Positions 54,264 to 64,000 of a stretch of 64,000 bases of DNA are shown here, piece by piece (positions within the stretch are counted from its first letter, which is position 1; every line of letters begins with the position of its first letter). The DNA is taken from positions 61,318,001-61,382,000 of the forward strand of contig OX597823.1 of the NCBI GenBank assembly GCA_951406725.2. Direction: 5' to 3'. The notes beneath the pieces were generated by a model that saw nothing but the letters and a program-made list of their open reading frames with translations, was not told where the DNA came from and searched no databases. The stretch is from Octopus vulgaris (Eukaryota). The position numbers and the translations under genes are program-made.

Positions 54264-55055
54264 TTATACGCTGTTCCATCTTGGAAATGCATGTTTGATG
54301 CAGTGGTTACACCTTGAATTTTCTCATCATGCTTGTTTACCAGGTTCTTAGTACTCAGCAGTAAACTCAATGCTTCCTCAAGGCAAAGGTCACATTTTCT
54401 GGATAGCAAATTACATGGGTGTGCATTTTTTTATTATTGACCATTTCATTTCCTATTTAATTTTTGATTCTTTCAGTCCCCATATGAGGTCTGCCAGTGA
54501 AGTTGCATTTTGTCTGTTTATTTTTCAGAATTACAAAAGGTAGTTGCGATAACGGACTTTAATTGGTTTTTCATGGTACCTATGTATACGTATTTATGTT
54601 GGGATGAGGAGATTGTGCATTTGCATCCTTTTTTTTTTGGATACATTGGTTCATGAGTGGACAAGCAAATTTTCTATGACATGTGCAGTTATTTGTACTA
54701 TTATTATTTTTATGCTTATCTGGTGGCCTTTTGATTCTGCTTTCATGATGTTCTGTTTCACTGTTAGTGTCTGGAGTATTGTGGTATCGGCAGTCTTTTT
54801 GTTGGATCGTTTTTGATGATTCATTTCAATTTTATTGCCACTGTCTTTTATGTTATCTGAGTTTTTGCAGTCTATCTGTTGTTTATTTTTGTCCTTGACC
54901 TCAAACCTTGTGATGTTTTGATTCGTTTGTTCTCTGCCAGCAGGCGTTGTTTGTATGTTTAATTTCTTGTTGTTGTATTTATGTATGTAGTACTCCATGC
55001 TGTAAGATGTTGCATATGATATTTCACTGTGTGCTTGTTGAATAATATATTCAAT
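54264..55055 (-). pseudogene. Penelope-like linker + GIY-YIG endonuclease remnant
   Basis: Frameshifted peptides SYSMEYYIHKYNNKKL, CTCHRKFACPLMNQC, KCTISSSQHKYVYIG, NATSLADLIW, MKWSIIKNAHP and RKCDLCLEEALSLLLSTKNLVNKHDE. Confidence 0.78.
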
Positions 55056-55266
55056 TTTTATATCTAATTATATATAAACACATGAGTGGCTGTGGTAATT
55101 AGCTTACTTACCAACCACATGGTTCTAGGTTCAGTCCCACTGCTTGGCACCTTGGGTAAGTGTCTTCTGCTAAAGCCTCAGGCTGAACAAAGCCGTGTGA
55201 GTGGATTTGATAGACAGAAATTGAAAGAAGCCTGCCGTATATGTGTGTGCATATGTGTGTGTGTGT

Positions 55267-55329
<63 letters not shown>

Positions 55330-55334
<5 letters not shown>

Positions 55335-57110
55335 GTATCTAAATTATAATCAACAAATATAGTAATTAAAAATCCATATTTTTTCTATCAATAAACGTAT
55401 TGTTACGACACACAGGGTAGGACCTCCGCGATTCGAACTGTTACGGAAATCCTCACACACAGGCCCGTTCGATGCAGCGAATAAGCTACGGAAACTCGTC
55501 GGAGAGAGGAGAGAGAGGGGAGATATACACAACAACAACAACCGCAGCAGCACAGAAATACAGAGGCAAGATGGCAACAGAGGCAACACTGGCTTACATT
55601 TAACAACTAGTTTATATGACAATCAATTGTTACAACATCAAGATACATCAAAGCATTTAAGGCAAACATTTAAAGGAGGACATGCACGTGACTACTCAAT
55701 ATAACATACAACAAGTCATATATATATCAGCAACAGATCAAAGCATTTAAACATGCAAGTAACAATATAACCGTCCGGTAACGACACAACAAGTCATAAT
55801 ATCAGCATTTCAAAGGTACACGTCCGAAGACAACAGTTCAATTTCAAATCACTTCAACAGATAACGTTCACAGTTCTTTTGCAAAACATATCACAGATAA
55901 CGTCACATCAACAAGTCCTTTACTGTTCTTTTCACTGTTCAATACACCAATTCTTTTCACTGTCTCTTTACATCGTGACACGTATCAATACATAATCAAA
56001 TACCTTAATTCCTAACTGAATCGCCAGTGTCCCATGTTGCACTCATCTCTCTCTCAATCTGTTAACTCCAGCTTGCCAAACTCCTGCATCCCAACGCTTG
56101 CTCCTAAGATTCCACCTACTCGCTCTGACTTCCAGAATCCGACTGTGCTCTTTGACAACCGACTACCAACTGCCAAAACCTCACTTCCTCTCTCTCCTTC
56201 CCACTGCCCTCATCTCCCTCTGTCTCTACTGCTTATACCCTCTCCATTTGCTCTCTGCCCTTACTGCCTATCTCTATCCTCAATCTCCCTTAGCCTTATA
56301 CTCTATCTCTCTCACTACTTTTCTTCCTCTTCTTCAAGGGGTGTCTAGGACGACCTCCAATCGACCGCACAAGGCCAAAAGGTCCCATTACTCTCCCAGT
56401 AAACAAAGGACTGTCACTTTTCTTCCAGACGTGCCGGAACCATCATTCCAAAGTGGGTCAAGAAATACTGCACTAGTCAAAATCCATAACAGTATAAACA
56501 ATGAATAAATTAGTCCATTATTACTTATATAAATATTATAGACGTCTTTCGAAAATATTTATGAAATAAAAAATTAAAAATTAAATAATAATTTTTGAAA
56601 TAAAAAATATGAAATGAAATAATACACCCTTTTGGAGAGATAAGTAGACATTTTTATCTAAGAAATATTATTGTACTCTATATATGATTGTTAAATATGA
56701 ATTTCTAATTTTTTTTATTTGTTAATGATAATGTAGATATGTACATTTACTTAATTATTATTATTTTATAATTATTATATCTGAACGTAAATTTTAAAAT
56801 ATTAGTTAGTCACTTTGTGATTTAAATCATAAAACTGTTTTAATTTAACTAAAAGTTATTATATTTCTAGTACCATTATATTTAATGATAATAGTAATAA
56901 GTATTTTATAAACGATAAGTTATACGTTTTTACTTTGGAATTTTTCATTTCTTATTTTTTATTTTTTATTTCATAAATATTTTCGAAAGATATCTATAAT
57001 ATTTATATAAGTAATAATGGAATAATTTATTTATTGTTTATATGTTTAATGATAGAAAAAATATGGATTTTTAACTACTATATTTGTTGATTATAATTTA
57101 GATACTTATT
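55330..57110. repeat. AT-rich fold-back element whose left arm is split by a solo LTR
   Basis: 55330-55400 joined to ~56496-56580 is the near reverse complement of ~56950-57110. Confidence 0.8.
55401..56491. mobile_element. Solo LTR (probably Ty3/Gypsy type)
   Basis: TGTTA...TAACA termini, 4-bp TSD GTAT at 55397-55400 and 56492-56495, no coding capacity. Confidence 0.82.
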
Positions 57111-57234
57111 TTTATATATTTATTATTTTATAATTATTGTATGGGAACTAAAATCTAAAAATATTAACACCAGATGTCAAGTAGTGGTGAGGGACAAGCA
57201 CAAACATAAAGACAACCCCCCCCACACACAAATG

Positions 57235-57390
57235 CAGGCATTACTTTGTGATAAGAAGTTTGCTTTCCAACCACATGGTTCTGAGTTCAGTACCACAGCA
57301 TGACACTTTGGACATCTATCCTCTACAATAGCTCCAGGCCAAGCAAAGCCTTGTGAGTTGATTTGGTAAATGGAAACAGAAAGAAATCTG

Positions 57391-57424
<34 letters not shown>

Positions 57425-57800
57425 TGTGTTTGTATTTGTTTGTTCTCCCACTGCTGCCTGACAACCAGTGTTGGTTTGTTTATATCCCCATAACTAACTT
57501 AGCAGTTCAGCATAAGAGATCAATAGAATTGTACCAGGCTTAAAATAAATGTACTGGGTTTAATTCATTCATTCAACTAAAACACTTCAAGGTGATGGTC
57601 ATGCTCCAGCATGGTTGCAGACCAGACTTAGACAAATAAAAGATAAAAGATGTCAGGCTTCTCTCAGTTTCTGTCTACAAAATCCACTCATAAGGCTTTG
57701 ATTAACACAAGGCTATGGTAAAAGACACTTGTTCAAGATGCCATGCAGCGGGACTGAACTCAGAAACATGTGGTTGGGAAGCAAACTTCTTATCACATAG
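57235..57800. mobile_element. Family A SINE (+, ~57235-57650) abutting an inverted SINE head (-, ~57655-57800)
   Basis: Diagnostic family A motifs in both orientations. Confidence 0.72.
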
Positions 57801-57869
57801 CACACTTGTATCAAAAATATATCTTTTACTCTAATAGCAGCTACTGTATGATAATAACTTTCACACATG

Positions 57870-58070
57870 TTATTGATTATATGAGTTACAGGCACATGTC
57901 ACCTCTTTAGTGGATATTTTCATCACCTTAGCAACTACCTTAGGTGAACCAGTAAATTTTTTTACTTTCATATCCTTAATGGGTTGTTCAACTGTACACC
58001 TGGTAATTTCTATACCTTGGTCTAACTCACTGGTTCAATTAAGGTAGCCATATGTAACCTGTCACTGTTA
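57870..58070 (-). mobile_element. Old RTE-like LINE RT fragment
   Basis: IEITRCTVEQPIKDMKVKKFTGSPKVVAKVMKIS resembles the V..AIK.MK.GKA.G...I.AE.LK motif. Confidence 0.4.
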
Positions 58071-58682
58071 AGCCATTTTCTCTGCATGGGGTAAGGCATA
58101 GCATTGAAAACCACATGCTACAGAATGTTGACTAACTCATATAAATATCCTGTCTGGTTTTCCATGTGAAACATCCAACACAGGAACTGATGTTATAAAA
58201 ATATCATGCTCTATAGAATGCTGATTAACTAATGTCAACATCCCTTTGGATTCACCATCCAATACTTACAATGAAATGCATGGAGATCACTAAGATAGTC
58301 AAAACGATCACATAACCTGAATTGACCAATGGAGATGAGAATACCATCAGGCAGAAGCCTATGTATTCTCAGAAATTTGAAATTTATTTTAAATTCTCTT
58401 CACTTTGATTCCAAAATTTTGCAATGAGGATGTTTTACACCCATGAAACTTTAGGTAATGTGGCGTTAAGTCAGCACATTATCAAATACATATAATACTA
58501 ATTTAATGCTTTTAATGCTACCTTTTTTCATTTGTTCATCCATATATGTATGTATGTATGTGTCTATATGTGAGCATGTGTGTGTATGTGTGTGTACATA
58601 TGTATGTATAAATATATTTGTAAATATATAAATGTATATGTATATATATGTGTGTGTGTGTATATATATATACACACACACA

Positions 58683-58719
<37 letters not shown>

Positions 58720-58819
58720 AGTAATATGTATATATATGCACATACACACATATATATGATGGGTTTGCATTCACATCTATAAAATATACATATACCCACA
58801 TACATAGTAAATGCATACA

Positions 58820-58894
<75 letters not shown>

Positions 58895-60039
58895 TTGAAA
58901 TGGAGAGGAGTCATGGAGAGCCATTTAAAACACATGCCTTCAATTCCACCACATGCCATTATTTTCATTTTTGTTTCTGCTTTTTTTCATGATACCATTA
59001 TCTGCTGTAATGTGTCAAAAAGCTTTGTCACACATCTGCGACCTGGTCTGTGTCAGGGATCAGGTCATGAAGTCTACTCCAAAACTATTTCACACTCTGT
59101 GGTATATAATGTTATCAAGAGATATAATCAAAGTGAAAGTAATAATATATATGTAGTTATATATGTGTGTGTATGTGTGTGTGTGCATGTATGTATGTAT
59201 GTATGTATGCATGCATGTATGTAGGTATGTATGTATTTATGCATGTATGTATTTATGTATGTATGTATGTATGTATGTGTGTGTGAGTGTGCATGTATGT
59301 ATGTATGTACGTATGTATTTATGCATGTATGTATTTATGTATGTATGCATGTGTGTGTGTGTGTGCATGTATGTGTAGCTTTGTTTTTGTGTCTGTTGCC
59401 AAACATCACTTGAACAGCTGCTGTTGGTGTTTTTACATCCTTGTAACTTAGCAGTTTGATGAAAGACACTGATATAAGTATCAGACTTTGAAATATATAT
59501 GTGTGTGTGTGAAGTGTGTGTTTGAGAGTGTGTGCATGTGTGTGCACATGTGTATGCATGTGTGTGTGCTGTGTGTGTGTTGTGTGCGTATGTATGCATG
59601 TGTGTGCATGTGCATGCGTATGTGTTTGTTTATGTGTGTGTGAATGTGTGTGTATATCTATGTGTGTGCATGTGCATCACTCTTCCTTTCATGTCCTTTC
59701 TTCTATTCATTGTCCTATACTGTAGTATATCTAACGACAACAATGAATTTTTATTCTTTGTAACTAGAGTTTTGCATTAATCCTGTTTAACTCTCCCATC
59801 TCTTTGACAGTCATCCACTATCCTCTTCCATGTACCACGCCCCTCATGTAACAAAGGATTGTGACTCCCCTACCCATATTAAATGTCCTGTCACTCCAAT
59901 TCTTACTATTCAGTCTCTCTCACATACCATGAGACATGTGCTAAGATTTGCATTGGATCTGTTTCTTTGACATGCATTTTACCTTCATCCTTCTTGTGCT
60001 GCTAATCATCAATCTCTACTCTTTCCATTCCCAGACTGG

Positions 60040-60306
60040 GATGTGTGTTGTGTTCTTGAGCAAGACACTTCATTTCACATTGCTCTAGTTAACTCAGCTG
60101 TAGAAATGAGCTGCAACATCACTGGTGCCAAGCTGTATCAGCCTTTGTCTTTCTCTTGGATACCATCATTGGCGTGGAGAGGGGAGGCTGGTATGCATGG
60201 GCGACTGCTGGTCTTCCATAAATAACCTTGCCTGGACTTATACTTTGGAAGGTAACTTTCTAGATGCAATCCCATGGTCACTCATGACTGAAGGGGGTCT
60301 TTACCC
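60040..60306 (+). mobile_element. Family C SINE, 5'-truncated
   Basis: Homologous to 23570-23905 (-), for example GGGAGGCTGGTATGCATGGGC.ACTGCTGGTCTTCCATAAA. Confidence 0.7.
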
Positions 60307-61168
60307 TTTTACTCTTTCCAAGCTGGAAACAGTAAAATTGACAGTCATCCCTTACTCTTCCTACTGTTCACTTCTGTTATTTTACCCACTCTGCTTTCCT
60401 GGCACCTTATTCACTAAGTCTCTACCATTATGTTCTTGCTCTTTTCATCTACCCATCCTGGTTTTTCTTCATTACCACTTATTTTCTTTTACTCAACTCC
60501 TCAGTAATTTGACTTTATAAGAAGGAACCCACCATAGAATAGCATGGATTCTTTATTTTGAGATGCTCTGAGTATCTTTCAATTATTTTAAATATAACAA
60601 AGAATTTAGTAAAATAACTTAGTTATCATCAAGCTAGTGTTAGGAACATAAATTGTGACTAAAGCTTGGTGGAAGATTTTACTAAGAAATTTTGAAAACA
60701 AGACATTTGTATTACAGAGCCAGAGCCAGTTTCAGCCGGGTTGGTAATGAAAGGATTAAGTGAATAAGGTAATTTTACTAATACTGGTGCAAACATATGC
60801 ACTTTGTACACATTTTAAAGTGAATGACGAAAGAGCAGGGACAAGATAGGGCCCAAAAGACTTTTTAACCTTATCAACATGACAACCTCTCACGTACGCA
60901 TGCCATGATAAATGATTACTAATACACTGTGTTAAATGGTGTGTTATAGGAGGGGCATTCAGTAATTATAAACCTAATCAAAAATGACTCATATGAGCAA
61001 AATGTATTCTTCCAGTCTTTCAGGTAGGGTGGAAACTCAATAAATTTGATTCAGACTGGTGAATCATCCAACCCATGCCAGCATGGAAAGGAAGACATTC
61101 ATATAATAATGATGATGATCATATATGTACAATGATCACATTGTTGTTTTCGTAGGTGAAAACATGTA

Positions 61169-61330
61169 GGCGTAGGAGTGGCTGTGTGGTAAGTAGCTTG
61201 CTTACCAGCCACATGGTTCCAGGTTCAGTCCCACTGCATAGCACCTTGGGCAAGTGTCTTCTACTACAGCCTCAGGCCAACCAAAGCCTTGTGGTTGGAT
61301 TTGGTAAACAGAAACTGAAAGAAGCCCGTC

Positions 61331-61400
<70 letters not shown>

Positions 61401-61614
61401 GTATGTATGTGTGTTTCTGTGTCTGTGTTTGTCCCCCCAACATTGCTTGACAACCGATGCGGGTGTGTTTATGTCCCAGTAACTTAGCGGTTCGGCAAAA
61501 TAGACCGATAGAATAAGTACTAGGCTTACAAAAGAATAAATCCTGGGGTCGATTTGCTCGACTAAAGGTGGTGCTCCAGCATGGCCACAATCAAATGACT
61601 GAAACAAGTAAAAG
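61169..61614 (+). mobile_element. Family A SINE, full length
   Basis: All diagnostic motifs present. Confidence 0.88.
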
Positions 61615-61937
61615 CGTATGTAATATATATATATGAGTGTGTTTGTGTATGTGTATGTGTGTGTATGTGTATGTGTATGTGTGTGTATGCGTGTGTGCGT
61701 GTGTACACATGCATTTGTATGTCTGTGTTTGGAGAAGGAGCATGAAAAAAATTGTTCAATATATGTGTTTAGAAGTCCTATTTTCATTTGAATTTGATAT
61801 ATCACTCAGAGTTTTTTGCTGTCTGCCATCCTCCTTCATTTGCTGCTTAAAAGGTTAACTAGATTGAGTATCTCTGAGTTGCAGCAGTGTGGCTCAAGAA
61901 CTTTGAACAAATATGAGTGTGTGTGCTGGTGTATGTA

Positions 61938-61972
<35 letters not shown>

Positions 61973-63045
61973 ATGTGTGTGTATTTGTGTGTATGCATAC
62001 AATATACATATATATATGTATAAATACATGTGTATATGTATGCATAGATTTGTATACATATATACACACACATACCTTTGTATACACATATACACACACA
62101 CATATATATGTATGTGTGCACAGATTCACACAAACACTCACAGACACACACACACACTTGCATGTGTACACACAAACACACATGCACACACACACAAACA
62201 GACACACATATACACTTTCATATATGCGTGTGTGTATGCATGTGTACACATGTTTGCATGTATGTACGCCTGTTTTCGGTATGTATGTATATTTATTCAT
62301 TATGTGCATATTCATGTTGTCTTTTGAATTAATAATTATTCAATTTGAATGCGAACCAGTTAGCACCACTAAGATTTCAATTCAGATTCCTGTGCTGCCA
62401 ATCCAGTGTGGAAGTGGTACAGTTTCCATGTCAAAGAAAATAAAAGCCAGCAATTATTCCTTCTTCATTTCCCTTATTATTACCTTTAAGGTGATGTGTT
62501 CTAACTCACTTCACTACATGGCCATCACGACAAGAGACGAAGGAGAGCCACCAAGTGAACAGAGAAAGAGAAATAGAGAGAGAGAGAGAGGTGCTTTTAT
62601 TCTTCTTCTACTCCAAGAATGCTATCAATCTAAAAAAGGCAATTATAGAAATTGCCTGGGGAGACATTTGCCGTTAACTTCTGCAAGACAAACTGAAGCA
62701 TCAAGAAGAAAAAGTTTCATAAATATTCATATCATGTTACATATGTTGTCTCTCTATTCCAGATAGTCTGTGACCCTATAATAGTTGAATGCCGCAGCAA
62801 ATCTCTGAAAACAACAAAAAGAAGAAAAAAAAGAACGAAGTGAAAATGCAAAGCAAAACAAAAAAATTACATACTTATATATATATATATATATATATAT
62901 CAATATATATATATCTGCATCTTTATAAATGTATATATAAGTGTATTTGCATATATGTGTGTGTGTGTGTACATGTTTATATGCGCTCATGTGTGTACAT
63001 ATATGTATGAGTGTATATGTATATAAATATAAGTGTGTATGTGTA

Positions 63046-63090
<45 letters not shown>

Positions 63091-63349
63091 GTATACATGT
63101 ATGTACGTATGTATATGAATACCATATTTCTTAATGCACTCCATTTCCAAAGAGTACAGTAAAGATAATTTTTTTGTTCTTTTTTTAGTTTTTTCTTTAT
63201 CTTTTTTGTTTTTGTTTTATTTTATCCTTTTGGCAATTCTGATTTACTTTGTTAGAAATATCATTTAGAAACCAACATATTTTACAGTGATATCCACCAA
63301 AGAAATTACCGCCACAACCACTTTCACCATGCCATTGGTTATAACTGAG

Positions 63350-63605
63350 ATATGTTGGTCTTTAAAGATATTACTAATATAGCAAATATGTCAAATACTC
63401 TATTGATATTGTTTGCAAAATATGTTGAGTTATAAACGATATTTCTAATACAGAAATATATCACATGCTGTTGATACCACTGTGAAATGTGTTGGTCTAT
63501 AAAGGATGTTAATCACATAGAAATATATCAAATACCATAGGGACTCTTGTAGAATATGTTGGTCTATAAAAGATATCATTAACATATAACTATATCACAT
63601 ATCAT
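63350..63605 (+). repeat. Degenerate ~68-bp tandem repeat, about 4 copies
   Basis: ATATGTTGGTCT(A/T)TAAA.GATAT-like starts near 63350, 63420, 63487 and 63554. Confidence 0.6.
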
Positions 63606-63639
63606 TTTCAGCATGTATTACATACACAAATGCGTGCAT

Positions 63640-63689
<50 letters not shown>

Positions 63690-63935
63690 ACGCATACACA
63701 CACACATATATTCATGCGTGTGCACACACACACACACACACACACACACCCCTCATATAATTAAATCTGTATAAGAATATAAAAATGTATTACTGATCTT
63801 GCTTTAAAACAATTTTGAAATTAAGACCTCTTGGGTAAAACATATGGGGTCTAGTAATTGAAGAATGGTGATTGCAACCCTGTTGAGTCGAATTTGGCTT
63901 CTGGTTTGGAGTGCAGGCTTGGAGTAATGCCAAAA

Positions 63936-63966
<31 letters not shown>

Positions 63967-64000
63967 CATGTGTGTGTGTGTGCGTGTGTGTGTCTGTGTG

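Larger units (their letters stand above)
53442..55058 (-). mobile_element. 5'-truncated Penelope-like retroelement
   Basis: GIY-YIG remnant, downstream hammerhead, and direct repeat TATATCTAATTATAT at 53427-53441 and 55059-55073. Confidence 0.75.

Noticed and set aside
54264-55055. Selenocysteine recoding as described for some Naiad Penelope-like elements
   Set aside because: The conserved Cys positions I could read are TGT/TGC, not TGA, and no SECIS was identified.
61816-62766. 316-aa ORF
   Set aside because: Mostly microsatellite-derived; the unique C-terminal part shows no recognisable domain.

Overview
Repeat-dominated, AT-rich eukaryotic intronic or intergenic DNA. The repeat content suggests a cephalopod (octopus-like) genome; this is an inference. 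No host protein-coding gene can be supported, and almost every ORF in the track is a translated (TA)n/(CA)n/(TATG)n/(GAT)n microsatellite. Recognisable content: a 4.6-kb Tx1-clade LINE with a damaged ORF2 inside a (TCTA)n tract; an R4/Dong-like retroelement piece plus two probable relatives stacked in one (TAA)n tract; RTE and CR1-type LINE fragments; a 5'-truncated Penelope-like element with a GIY-YIG remnant and a 15-bp flanking direct repeat; a solo LTR with a 4-bp TSD; mariner/Tc1/maT derivatives and MITEs; and more than 20 tRNA-derived SINE copies. The least obvious signal is a set of sequence-unrelated type-I hammerhead ribozyme motifs, two with a fully intact core (52703-52784 +, 53625-53726 -), mostly inside or next to fold-back inverted repeats. 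There are also two local templated-duplication events that interrupt SINEs. All alignments and folds were done by eye.
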